From assembly GCA_017621525.1 (NCBI GenBank), contig JAGASX010000017.1:1138-65137 (forward strand): DNA of 64,000 nucleotides. Direction: 5' to 3'. This stretch comes from Clostridia bacterium (GTDB lineage: Bacteria > Bacillota > Clostridia > Christensenellales > UBA1242). Each line of letters starts with the position of its first letter. The stretch's first letter is position 1. Of the stretch, positions 37,935 through 47,955 are shown piece by piece. Below the pieces are notes generated by a model, which worked only from the letters and a program-made list of their open reading frames with translations, searched no databases and was not told the DNA's origin. Both the position numbers and the translations under genes were made by a program.

Positions 37935-38868
37935 ATATTATAATCAAACATAAAACAACACTTACCAATGTTGAAAGAATGGCATGGGTGAGTTTTTGTA
38001 AGAAGAAAAGTTTAACAGGCATTTTAAGACGATTAAGCATGGTAAGCGATTGTAAAATTGTGGATAATCCGCCAAAACTGATGACAAAAGTGCTGGCAAT
38101 AACAGCCCCAAAACCATGCAAAGCAAGTCCAATTTCTTTACAACCTTTTGTTATTTCAATCATTCCTTGTAAAATGGGGGATAGTTTTGCAGGGAATATT
38201 GAAAACACAGGGGATAACGCTGTTATAACTACAAAGAATATGGCGATAATCGCCCCAACAGAAATTATACTTAAACAAGAATCTACAATCATTCCCGATA
38301 AATCTTGCTTATCTTGTTTATATGCAGTTTTTTCTTCATCAACTTCTTCTCGAACCTTCAACTTTCTATACAAAATCCCATTTAAAATTGCCCCAATCAA
38401 ATGAGAAATTAAAATGATATAGCCATATATGGGATTACCCAACATTCCCACACCGACAGCACCCACAATAAACATAGGGCCTGAGGTATTACAGAAACTA
38501 CACATTTTAAAGGCTTCACTTTTGCTTATTTTGCCATTAGAGTATAGGTCTGCTGTCATTTTTGCTCCAATTGGGTAACCCGATACGGCACTTGTAAGAA
38601 AAACAAATGCTGATATAGGCGGTGTTTTAAAAAGTTTTTGTGATGCTTGTCCAAAAACGCGAGAAAGTTTTTCAGTTGTGCCTAATGAAGATAAAACTTT
38701 TGTAAAAAACATAAAAGGCAAAACGCTGGGCAAAACATTAAAAGCCCACGCCGTTATACCGTTTAAAGTTGCCTCTATGTATAGGGCTGGCTTAAATATC
38801 ATATTGAAGATTAAAAATAAGACAAAAAGTGATAAAATTGTGTTATATTTTCGCATAAATTTCTCCAA
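37933..38868 (-). CDS. ylbJ: sporulation integral membrane protein YlbJ-like (nucleoside-recognition/Gate domain)
   Basis: Multi-TM protein. N-terminal GITAWAFNVLPSVLPFMFFTKVL and later GYPIGAKMT...CNTSGPMFIVGAVG match the YlbJ family. Confidence 0.7.
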   Translation of the reverse strand: MEKFMRKYNTILSLFVLFLIFNMIFKPALYIEATLNGITAWAFNVLPSVLPFMFFTKVLSSLGTTEKLSRVFGQASQKLFKTPPISAFVFLTSAVSGYPIGAKMTADLYSNGKISKSEAFKMCSFCNTSGPMFIVGAVGVGMLGNPIYGYIILISHLIGAILNGILYRKLKVREEVDEEKTAYKQDKQDLSGMIVDSCLSIISVGAIIAIFFVVITALSPVFSIFPAKLSPILQGMIEITKGCKEIGLALHGFGAVIASTFVISFGGLSTILQSLTMLNRLKMPVKLFFLQKLTHAILSTLVSVVLCLIII

Positions 38869-38981
38869 AGAATTGACTTTTAAATAAGTTTAATGTTAAA
38901 ATAATAAGGACAAATTCATATTTGCAAATTTGCATATAAAATAAATTATTCAAACAAAAATTTTTTAGAAGGGGAAAAGAA

Positions 38982-39968
38982 GTGAAGGTAAAAGACCTAT
39001 ACAAAAAAGCAAAACAACTTCAAAAAACCATTGTCTTTCCGGAAGCAGGGTTCAGCGACCGTACGATTGATGCCGTAAAGATAATTCAAAAGAAAAAAAT
39101 TGCAAAACCTATTTTAATTGGTGATGAAAGCGCTCTTGTTCTTCGAGATAAAAAACTTATCAACTTTCAAATAATCAACCCTAAAACATTTCCTCAAAAG
39201 GATATGCTTGCAAAAAAACTTTATGCAAAACGCAAAGAAAAGGGCATGACTTATGAAGAAGCGGAAAAACTTGTAACAGACCCATACTATTTCTCTACAC
39301 TTTTGGTTGACGAGGGGTTTGCTGATGGCATGATTGGTGGTGCTGAAACTTCAACCGCCAATATGGTACGCCCAGCATTGCAGGTTATTAAGGCGAAGAA
39401 GAAGGGCGGAGTTGTATCTTCATGTTTTCTTATGTTTGGCGACAACGACTTTTTAAAAGATAAATGCCTTGTTATAGCCGATTGTGGGCTTATTAAAAAG
39501 CCTAATGCGGAGGAGTTGTATCAAATTGCCTGCCATAGTGCGGAAACATACAAACAACTTGGCTTAGGTGAACCAAAAGTTGCATTTCTCTCTTTCTCGA
39601 CAAAGGGTTCTGCTGAAGATGAAAGCGTTTCCGTAGTGCGTGAAGCGTATGAAAAATTTAAGAGAAAGGGATATTTATGTGATGGGGAATTGCAGTTTGA
39701 TGCATCAATGGTGCCAAGCGTTGCAAAACTTAAATGTCCAAACAGCCCAATTGCAGGTGATGCAAATATATTGATTTTCCCAGATTTAAACAGTGGAAAC
39801 ATATGTTATAAAGCCATGCAATATGTTGGCGGTGTAAAGGCGGTTGGCCCAATTTTGCAAGGGCTTAACAAACCTGTAAATGACCTTTCCAGAGGGTGCT
39901 CTGTCGAGGATATAATTATGGCAACAGCAATAACTGCTATGCAATCACAAAAGGAGGATTTAAAATGA
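38982..39968 (+). CDS. pta: phosphate acetyltransferase
   Basis: IVFPEAG..DRT..A, GADGMIGGAETSTA, FPDLNSGNICYKA. GTG start. ATGA overlap with ackA. Confidence 0.95.
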   Translation: MKVKDLYKKAKQLQKTIVFPEAGFSDRTIDAVKIIQKKKIAKPILIGDESALVLRDKKLINFQIINPKTFPQKDMLAKKLYAKRKEKGMTYEEAEKLVTDPYYFSTLLVDEGFADGMIGGAETSTANMVRPALQVIKAKKKGGVVSSCFLMFGDNDFLKDKCLVIADCGLIKKPNAEELYQIACHSAETYKQLGLGEPKVAFLSFSTKGSAEDESVSVVREAYEKFKRKGYLCDGELQFDASMVPSVAKLKCPNSPIAGDANILIFPDLNSGNICYKAMQYVGGVKAVGPILQGLNKPVNDLSRGCSVEDIIMATAITAMQSQKEDLK

Positions 39969-41155
39969 AAATATTAGTTATAAACGCTGGAAGTTCTTCA
40001 CTTAAATATCAATTGTTTGATATGGCTGAGGAAAAATTGCTTGCAAAAGGCAATTGTGAAAAAATTGGTCTTGAAGGCTCAATCATTTCCCTTAAAGCAC
40101 ATGGGGAACAAAAGATTTTTGATGTAGTGCTTAAAAATCATGAGGACGCTATGGCAAATGTCCTTAAAATTTTGCTTGATAAAGAAAACAACATTCTTTC
40201 ATCTCTTGCAGAAATCGGTGCCGTAGGACACAGAGTTTTGCATGGTGGCGAAATTTATACAAAATCTGTACTTGTAGATGACGAAGTAATGGCAAATTTA
40301 GAGGAATTAAAGCCTCTTGGCCCACTTCATATGCCTGCAAATATGTTTGGTATCAAAGCCTGCCAAGAAGCAATGCCAGGCGTGCCACAGGTTGCTGTTT
40401 TTGATACAGAATTTCACTCAACAATGCCTGATTATGCATACAGATATGCAATTCCTAAAAAAGCATATACTGATTGGAAAATAAGAAAGTACGGCTTCCA
40501 TGGTACAAGCCACAAGTTTGTTGCAAATGAACTTGAAAAATTAACAGGTAAAAAGGGTAAATTTATCATTTGCCATGTTGGAAATGGTGCTTCTGTTTCA
40601 GCGGTTGTTGACGGCAAAAGCGTTGAAACTTCAATGGGATTTACGCCACTTGAAGGCCTTGTTATGGGCACACGCAGTGGAGATATTGACCCAGCCGTTG
40701 TTGAAAGAATTATGCAAATGAGCGGTAAAACTGTTGGCGAAACCCTTAACTATCTTAACAAAGAAAGCGGGCTTTTGGGTGTCAGTGGAATTTCAAGTGA
40801 TATTCGCGATATTCAAAAAGTTGCTGAGGGTAATGAAGACGCTCAACTTGCAATAAGAATGCTTTGCTATCGCATTAAAAAATATATTGGTGAATATGTT
40901 GCAGTGCTTAACGGCGTAGACGCAATTGCATTTACTGCTGGTACCGGCGAAAATAGACCAGAAATTCGTCAAGAAATTCTTGAAGGCCTTGATTGGCTTG
41001 GAATTGAAGTTGATAAAGACAGAAACTTCAACTTTGTAAGAGGGGAAAACTACGACATTACTGGTGCAAATTCAAGATGCAAAATCTATGTAGTGCCAAC
41101 TGATGAAGAGTTGATGATTGCCCGCGACACAAAAGAAATTGTAGAAAAATTATAA
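39965..41155 (+). CDS. ackA: acetate kinase
   Basis: MKILVINAGSSSLKYQLF, VGHRVLHGG, FDTEFH, YGFHGTSH. Start trimmed to the ATG at 39965. Confidence 0.97.
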   Translation: MKILVINAGSSSLKYQLFDMAEEKLLAKGNCEKIGLEGSIISLKAHGEQKIFDVVLKNHEDAMANVLKILLDKENNILSSLAEIGAVGHRVLHGGEIYTKSVLVDDEVMANLEELKPLGPLHMPANMFGIKACQEAMPGVPQVAVFDTEFHSTMPDYAYRYAIPKKAYTDWKIRKYGFHGTSHKFVANELEKLTGKKGKFIICHVGNGASVSAVVDGKSVETSMGFTPLEGLVMGTRSGDIDPAVVERIMQMSGKTVGETLNYLNKESGLLGVSGISSDIRDIQKVAEGNEDAQLAIRMLCYRIKKYIGEYVAVLNGVDAIAFTAGTGENRPEIRQEILEGLDWLGIEVDKDRNFNFVRGENYDITGANSRCKIYVVPTDEELMIARDTKEIVEKL

Positions 41156-41232
41156 TTGTAGTAAAAATGCTTGACAAAGCAGTATAAATTTTATATACTT
41201 ATAAAGCATGATAAATAGAATAGGAGGAAAAA

Positions 41233-41424
41233 ATGGCAGTTCCAAAGCATAAAACTTCAAAAGCAAGAAGAAATACAAGATACTCTGCAAACTCTGTTGC
41301 AACAATGCCAACACTTGTTGAATGTCCAAAATGTCATGAGATGAAAAAACCTCATACAGTATGTAAGAAGTGTGGTACTTATAAGGGTGAAACAGTTATC
41401 GAGAAAAAAGAAGAAAAGAAATAA
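41233..41424 (+). CDS. rpmF: 50S ribosomal protein L32
   Basis: MAVPKHKTSKARRNTR...CPKCHE...CKKCG. Confidence 0.95.
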   Translation: MAVPKHKTSKARRNTRYSANSVATMPTLVECPKCHEMKKPHTVCKKCGTYKGETVIEKKEEKK

Positions 41425-41435
41425 AACCTACAATG

Positions 41436-41461
41436 CTCTCGCTTAAAGCGAGAGTTTTTTG
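41436..41461 (+). terminator. rho-independent terminator after rpmF
   Basis: CTCTCGC-ttaaa-GCGAGAG followed by T6. Confidence 0.85.
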
Positions 41462-41614
41462 TTGGATAAATTTGCATACTACCACAAAATGTTGTAGTAT
41501 GCATGATATAATAACTACAAAATATTCAAAATTTGTAAAAACTGAAAAAACCGATTAAAGAAGTTGCAAAAGTTTTTAAAGTTTGTTATTATATTTTTGT
41601 TATATATTTAGGAG

Positions 41615-42637
41615 ATGACGATGAAAATTGTAGTTGATGCATTTGGTGGAGATAATGCGCCTCTTGAAATTGTTGAGGGTGCACTTCTTGCACTTAAAAA
41701 ACACAAGGATTTGGAACTTGTTCTTTGTGGCAAAAAAGATGAAATATTAAAAATTCTTAATGGAAAAACCGACAGGGTGGAAATTGTTGATGCTGATGAA
41801 GTTATTCAAAATACAGAGCATCCAACAGTTGCGATACGCGCAAAGAAAAATTCATCTCTTGTGCGTGCTTATGACGTTTTAAAAGAAAGGGAAGATGTTG
41901 TCGGGCTTGTTTCTGCGGGCAGTACCGGTGCCGTACTTGCTGGTGCGATTATGAAAATTGGCAGAATAAAAGGCATTTCAAGACCTGCGCTTGCCCCAAT
42001 TTTGCCTACTAAAAAGGCGTCAGATGTTATTATTATTGACAGCGGTGCAAACATAGATTGCAAGCCTGTCAATCTTTTGCATTTTGCTTTAATGGGCTCT
42101 GCTTACTATTCGATTTTGTATAATGTGGAAAAACCACGTGTTGCACTTCTTAACAATGGTGCAGAAGAAGGAAAGGGTAATGAACTTGTTAAAGAGGCTT
42201 TTCCTCTTCTTAAAAATGCCCCAATCAACTTTATCGGCAACAAAGAGGGTGGCGACTTTATGAGTGGCGACCTTGATGTTATGGTAAGTGATGGCTTTGC
42301 AGGAAACGCTCTTCTTAAAGGCACAGAAGGTGCTGTTGCGGCGTTAATGTCGGTACTTAAAAGAAGTATCAAGTCGCATTTTTGGAGTAAAATTGGGTAC
42401 CTTTTTATGAAAAAAACTTTCAAGGAAGTACGCAATAGAATTGATGTAATTTCAAAACATGCAGGCTCTCCGCTTTTGGGTTGCAAAAAAATTGTGGTTA
42501 AAAATCATGGCTCTTGCCAACGAAATAACATTTGCGCATCAATTGAACAGACTATGGTGTTGCATCAAAATTCTTTAATTGCAAAAATTGAACAAATGCT
42601 TGCTGACCTAAGCAGTGAAGAGATTGGACAGGAATAA
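41615..42637 (+). CDS. plsX: phosphate acyltransferase PlsX
   Basis: KIVVDAFGGDNAP, VSAGSTGA, DSGAN, GFAGNALLK. Start is ATG at 41615 or 41621. Confidence 0.95.
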   Translation: MTMKIVVDAFGGDNAPLEIVEGALLALKKHKDLELVLCGKKDEILKILNGKTDRVEIVDADEVIQNTEHPTVAIRAKKNSSLVRAYDVLKEREDVVGLVSAGSTGAVLAGAIMKIGRIKGISRPALAPILPTKKASDVIIIDSGANIDCKPVNLLHFALMGSAYYSILYNVEKPRVALLNNGAEEGKGNELVKEAFPLLKNAPINFIGNKEGGDFMSGDLDVMVSDGFAGNALLKGTEGAVAALMSVLKRSIKSHFWSKIGYLFMKKTFKEVRNRIDVISKHAGSPLLGCKKIVVKNHGSCQRNNICASIEQTMVLHQNSLIAKIEQMLADLSSEEIGQE

Positions 42638-42639
42638 AA

Positions 42640-43263
42640 ATGAAAATTGGCGGATATGACTTTAAGAACAAAACCCTTATAGAAAGGGCGCTTACACACA
42701 GTTCTTTTTCAGAAAATAATTATGAACGCTTGGAATTTTTAGGCGACAGTATACTTGACTTCGTAGTGGGGGAATATTTTTATCTAAATTGTCCAGAAAA
42801 TGAAGGCAAATTGACGATATTAAGAAGTCATTTTGTTGCCGAAAGTTATCTTGCTGGACTGTTTTCAAAACTTCAACTTAACACAAAAGTGCGTTTGGGT
42901 AAAAGTTATCAAGGTGAAATTTCAAAAGCAATAAAAGCAGATGTGGTAGAGGCGATTATTGGTGCAATTTACCTTGATGGAGGTATTGAAAAAGCAAAAG
43001 CCTTTATATATCGCTACTTTGGATTAGAGGATTACAAAAAAATTGAAGATGACAATTATAAATCCAAGTTGCAAGAACTTGTGCAGGGCAATTTTAAATG
43101 TAAAATGTCATATTCAACCTCTGCTTGCACAGACGGCGGTTTTGAAGCAAGGTTTTTTATGGATGAAGATGAAATATCTTGCGGGAAAGGGCAAACAAAG
43201 CAACAGGCAGAGCAAATGGCTGCGAAAAATGCAATTGATAAACTATTCTTAATAAACAACTGA
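42640..43263 (+). CDS. rnc: ribonuclease III
   Basis: Signature NYERLEFLGDSILDF, catalytic ADVVEAIIGAIYLDGG, C-terminal dsRBD (KSKLQELVQ...GQTKQQAEQMAAKNAIDKL). Confidence 0.93.
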   Translation: MKIGGYDFKNKTLIERALTHSSFSENNYERLEFLGDSILDFVVGEYFYLNCPENEGKLTILRSHFVAESYLAGLFSKLQLNTKVRLGKSYQGEISKAIKADVVEAIIGAIYLDGGIEKAKAFIYRYFGLEDYKKIEDDNYKSKLQELVQGNFKCKMSYSTSACTDGGFEARFFMDEDEISCGKGQTKQQAEQMAAKNAIDKLFLINN

Positions 43264-43333
43264 AAAATGCTTTTTATTTAGCAAAAAATTTGTTATAATA
43301 AAGCAACTAAAAATAGTACAATTCGAGGATTTT

Positions 43334-46300
43334 ATGATTTTTAAAAAGATTGAAATGATTGGCTTTAAATCATTTGCCGACAGAACAATTATAGAGTTTG
43401 GCGATAATTTTACAGCCATTGTAGGACCTAATGGATGCGGAAAAAGTAATGTATCAGATGCTATCCGCTGGGTTTTGGGTGAACAAAGTGCAAAAACCTT
43501 GCGTGGCGACAGCATGCAAGACGTTATTTTTAATGGTACCGAAAAAAGAAAAAGCCTTTCTTATTGCGAAGTTACACTTACTTTTGATAACTCTGCAAGA
43601 TTTTTTAACTTTGACTATGATGAACTTGCCATCACAAGAAAGTTATATCGCTCTGGCGAAAGTGAATATCTTATCAACAGAAACACCTGCCACTTAAAAG
43701 ATATTACAAATCTTCTTTATAACAGCGGTTTAGGTAAGAATGGATATTCGGTTATCAGCCAAGGTAAAGTAACTGAACTTGTTGATGCCAAACCAGAAAA
43801 CCGACGTGCTATGTTTGAAGATGCTGCCGGCATTTCAAAGTATAAAAATGATAAACGCGACGCAGAACGTAAACTTGAAAGAACAAGTGATAACCTTACA
43901 CGCGTTAAGGATATTTTAAGTGAGATTGAACGCCAAATGGGGCCACTTAAAAAGCAGGCAGAGAACGCAAAAAAATATTTGGAGTATAAAGCATCACTTA
44001 AAGACCTTGAAGTAAATGCTTATATTTATCAATATGAAAACGCAAAAGACGTAAAAGAGGCAATAAATTTAAAACTTGACGCCATTTCAAGACAACTTGA
44101 TGTGCGTGAGGGCGACCTTGCAACTGCCAACGAGCAGTATGAAAAGGCAATGTTTGACCTTGACAACTTTGACAAGATGCTTTCTGCACTTAATGAAAAG
44201 ATTTTAGACCTTACTGTTGGTCTTGAAAAGCAGGAAAGCGAAACAAAACTTGCAAGGGAACGTGTAAATTTCACTTTAAAAGAAAATGATAGATTAAACC
44301 TTGATAAAACAAATTGTAACACAGCAATTGAAATTGGAGAGGAAGAACGAGCAAACAAAATTGAAGAATTGCAAGAATTGCAAAGCGACCTTGAATCTTT
44401 GGAAAAATCTTTTGAAGAACTTTCACAAAGTTATCTTGCTGTTGCAAATGAACTTGCTCTTAACGAGGACGAGGCTGGTCAAGGGCAACAAAGGGTTATT
44501 GAAACTTTGGGTTCTCTTGGTGATATAAAAAGTTCGCTTTCTCGCCTCTCTGCTGAAAAGGAAATTTTGTCAACCAATCTTGCAAACCTTGAAAGTGATG
44601 TTAAAGAATTGGCTGTAAAAAAGACAGATAGTGAAAACCAACTTAGTTCTATAAAAACATTGCTTTCACAACAAGAAGAAGAACTTTCAAACCTTAAACA
44701 ACAGGCTGATAAACTTGCAAGTGCAAACTATTTGGATGAACGCAAACTTAAAGAACTTGAAAACGAGAAGTTTAACACTTCCACCCAAATTAAGGTTTAT
44801 GAAAACCGTAAAAAATTGCTTACTGACCTTCAAAATGAGTACGAGGGTTATTCTTACGCCGTTAAAAAACTTTTAAAAGAAGGGGAACGTAACCCTGATA
44901 TTAAAAAGCATATTTTTGGCGTTGTTGCCTCACTTATTAAAGTGCCTGAAAAGTATGAAACAGCAATAGAAGTGGCACTTGGCGGAAGTGTGCAAAATAT
45001 TGTTACTTATGATGAAAATGGTGCGAAATGTTTAATTGATTTCCTTAAAAGAAACTCATATGGCCGTGCAACATTTTTGCCAATTTCTTCAATGAAAAGA
45101 AGGGATATTGACAAAAAACTTTTTGCAGGCAAAGAAGGGTGTTTTGGCGTTGCCAGCGACCTTGTTGACTATGACAAACAAATTGATAATGTTGTAAGCA
45201 ACTTGCTTGGCGGAACTGTGATTGTAGATAACACAAACACTGCAATTGCACTTGCAAAGTCAACAGGTTATGCATTTAGAATTGTTACCCTTGACGGCGA
45301 CGTGGTAAACCCACAGGGATCGCTTACGGGCGGTAGCAAAAAGGCAGAATCTTCCAATCTTATGGGCAGAGAGCGTGAAATTGAAACGCTTGGAATTTCT
45401 ATTGCCAAATTGGAAGAACACTTATCTCAAATAAGCCGAGAACTTGAAAAGAATACAACTGAACATGAAGATAATAAGAAGAAACTTGTTGCCATAAACC
45501 AAAACAAAAATAATTTGGAAGTTGCAATTGCCGGAACAAAAGAAAAACTTGCCAAATTTATGTCTGTTGTTGAAGAAACTGCCGACAACTTAAAGGTTGC
45601 AGAAATGGAAACTGTTACCGTGCAAAATAAAATCAAACTTATTAATGAAGAACTTTCTCGTTCTGAAAAAATTCAATCGGCATTGTCAGGAAACAAAGAA
45701 GACGCTGATGAACTTATTAAAGAAAAGCGAGAAAAGTTTGAAAAACTTCGTGAAAAACGCGAACAAATCAATGATAATATATTGGCGGTTAAGGTGGAAC
45801 TTGCCGAAACAAAAACCAAAATTTCAACAATGCAAGACAATATCAACCGCATTGAGAATGAACTTGGCAGACAAAAAACAAATCTTGTATCAATTGATGA
45901 GCAGATTGAACAAAACGAGCAGTTTATTGCATCATGCGAGCAGTTGATTAAAGAAAAACTTGCCTCCGCGCCATCTTCGGCAAAGAAACAAGAACTTGAA
46001 TCTTATCTTGAAAAACGAAAGGTTGCAGAAGAAGACAAGGCGAAACTTTCTGTAAAAATCAAGGAACTTGACGGACAAAAAGCTTCACTTATGGACGATA
46101 TTTCAAACCTTAAAGACAAAAAATTTAGGGAAGAGATGAACCTTGCCAAAGTGGATACAGAACTTGAACAGATGCAAGAGCGTATTTATGAAGAATATTC
46201 TCTTTCATACTCTACCTGCCTTGAATTTAGGAAAGCCGATTTTGACATCAATGAGGCAATGCCACAAATCAACAAACTTAAAAAAGACATAAATGCACTT

Positions 46301-46918
46301 GGTTATGTTAATGTTAATGCAATTGAAGATTGCAAAGCACTTTTAGAGCGTTATGATGACCTTAACGGACAGGCAGAGGACCTTGAAAAGGCACAAGATG
46401 ACCTTAACAAAATCATAAAAGACTTGTCGGGCATTATGATTGAAAAATTTAATAATGAACTTGCCCGTATTAACGAAAGTTTTAAACTTACATTTAAAGA
46501 ACTTTTTGGTGGCGGAACGGCAAAACTTGCACTTGCCGATGAAAACGACCCACTTGAATCGGGAGTTGAAATTTTTGCACAACCACCAGGAAAGAAAATT
46601 CAAAACATGACTCTTTTGTCGGGCGGAGAGAAATCTCTTACTGCTATGGCTGTTATTTTTGCAATTTTAAGAATAAAACCTCTTCCATTCTGTTTGTTTG
46701 ACGAGGTTGAGGCTGCACTTGACGATAGCAACGTTGAAATTGTAGATAAATATTTGAAAAAACTTTCAACAGAAACGCAGTTTATTTTAATTACTCACAA
46801 AAAACCAACCATGGAATATGCAAACGCCTTGTTTGGTGTAACAATGGAAGAAAAAGGCGTTTCAAAAATTGTATCTGTTCTTCTTTCAGATGCAATAAAA
46901 CACGCACAGGAGGCGTAA
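43334..46918 (+). CDS. smc: chromosome partition protein Smc
   Basis: Walker A GPNGCGKSN, long coiled coils, hinge (GGSVQNIVT...), signature LSGGEKSLTA, Walker B FCLFDEVEAALD. Confidence 0.98.
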   Translation: MIFKKIEMIGFKSFADRTIIEFGDNFTAIVGPNGCGKSNVSDAIRWVLGEQSAKTLRGDSMQDVIFNGTEKRKSLSYCEVTLTFDNSARFFNFDYDELAITRKLYRSGESEYLINRNTCHLKDITNLLYNSGLGKNGYSVISQGKVTELVDAKPENRRAMFEDAAGISKYKNDKRDAERKLERTSDNLTRVKDILSEIERQMGPLKKQAENAKKYLEYKASLKDLEVNAYIYQYENAKDVKEAINLKLDAISRQLDVREGDLATANEQYEKAMFDLDNFDKMLSALNEKILDLTVGLEKQESETKLARERVNFTLKENDRLNLDKTNCNTAIEIGEEERANKIEELQELQSDLESLEKSFEELSQSYLAVANELALNEDEAGQGQQRVIETLGSLGDIKSSLSRLSAEKEILSTNLANLESDVKELAVKKTDSENQLSSIKTLLSQQEEELSNLKQQADKLASANYLDERKLKELENEKFNTSTQIKVYENRKKLLTDLQNEYEGYSYAVKKLLKEGERNPDIKKHIFGVVASLIKVPEKYETAIEVALGGSVQNIVTYDENGAKCLIDFLKRNSYGRATFLPISSMKRRDIDKKLFAGKEGCFGVASDLVDYDKQIDNVVSNLLGGTVIVDNTNTAIALAKSTGYAFRIVTLDGDVVNPQGSLTGGSKKAESSNLMGREREIETLGISIAKLEEHLSQISRELEKNTTEHEDNKKKLVAINQNKNNLEVAIAGTKEKLAKFMSVVEETADNLKVAEMETVTVQNKIKLINEELSRSEKIQSALSGNKEDADELIKEKREKFEKLREKREQINDNILAVKVELAETKTKISTMQDNINRIENELGRQKTNLVSIDEQIEQNEQFIASCEQLIKEKLASAPSSAKKQELESYLEKRKVAEEDKAKLSVKIKELDGQKASLMDDISNLKDKKFREEMNLAKVDTELEQMQERIYEEYSLSYSTCLEFRKADFDINEAMPQINKLKKDINALGYVNVNAIEDCKALLERYDDLNGQAEDLEKAQDDLNKIIKDLSGIMIEKFNNELARINESFKLTFKELFGGGTAKLALADENDPLESGVEIFAQPPGKKIQNMTLLSGGEKSLTAMAVIFAILRIKPLPFCLFDEVEAALDDSNVEIVDKYLKKLSTETQFILITHKKPTMEYANALFGVTMEEKGVSKIVSVLLSDAIKHAQEA

Positions 46919-47815
46919 ATGGGATTTTTTAAAAAGATTGGCAATGCCTTGCGAAAAACACGTGAGGCAATTGCAAGAAAAATTGATGCTATGTTAAGTC
47001 ATGGAGAACTTGACGATGATTTTTATGATGACCTTACCGATGTTTTAATTTCTTGCGATATTGGCGTGCGTACAAGTATGGAAATTGTAGAAAGTTTGCG
47101 ACTTCGTGCCAGAAAGGGTAAATTAAGAACGGCAGAGGACGTGAAAACAGAACTTAAAACAATTTTAAAAGAAGATTTTGCTCGTGCAGGTGAAATTCAA
47201 ATAAAAACCCCTGCAATAATCACAATTGTAGGAGTAAATGGCGTTGGGAAAACAACAACTATTGGAAAACTTGCAAAGTTTTTTAAAGGGCAGAAAAAAG
47301 AAGTTACCTTGGTTGCAGGGGATACCTTTCGTGCTGCTGCCTCTGACCAATTATCGCAATGGGCAGAAAGAACAAAAACAAGAATAATCAAACACGCAGA
47401 AGGGGCAGATGCCGCAGCGGTTGTTTTTGATGGAATTTCAAGTGCAAAAGCAAAAGGTACAGACATTTTGCTTGTTGACACCGCTGGTAGACTTCACACA
47501 AAAACCAACTTAATGGAAGAACTTAAAAAAATTGATAAAGTAATAAATAGAGAATATCCAGATGCAAACAGATATACATTTATTGTTCTTGATGCTACAA
47601 CAGGACAAAATGCTTTAAATCAAATTACCGCTTTTAATGAATTTGTTAAAATCGACGGCATTGTACTTACCAAATTGGACGGAACAGCCAAAGGGGGCGT
47701 TGTAGTTGCAATTGAAAAGGACTTTGGCTTGCCGGTTGCTTTTGTAGGCGTCGGTGAGGGTGCTGATGACCTTGAAGAATTTGATTATGATGAATTTGTA
47801 GAAAATCTTTTTTAG
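46919..47815 (+). CDS. ftsY: signal recognition particle receptor FtsY (short form)
   Basis: GVNGVGKTTTIGKLA, DTFRAAA, DTAGR, TKLDGTAKGG. Confidence 0.96.
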   Translation: MGFFKKIGNALRKTREAIARKIDAMLSHGELDDDFYDDLTDVLISCDIGVRTSMEIVESLRLRARKGKLRTAEDVKTELKTILKEDFARAGEIQIKTPAIITIVGVNGVGKTTTIGKLAKFFKGQKKEVTLVAGDTFRAAASDQLSQWAERTKTRIIKHAEGADAAAVVFDGISSAKAKGTDILLVDTAGRLHTKTNLMEELKKIDKVINREYPDANRYTFIVLDATTGQNALNQITAFNEFVKIDGIVLTKLDGTAKGGVVVAIEKDFGLPVAFVGVGEGADDLEEFDYDEFVENLF

Positions 47816-47822
47816 GTAAATA

Positions 47823-47849
47823 AGAGGCTTTTAAATCGGCCTCTTTTTT
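47823..47849 (+). terminator. rho-independent terminator after ftsY
   Basis: AGAGGC-ttttaaatcg-GCCTCT followed by T6. Confidence 0.75.
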
Positions 47850-47955
47850 GTTGCAAAAACTTTATGCTTGTCTAAAAATTGGCAAAAAGGTCAAATTTCG
47901 ACAAATCTTTTCATATACAAATAATGTTATTTCCACTTTAAAAGGGGCGTGCATT

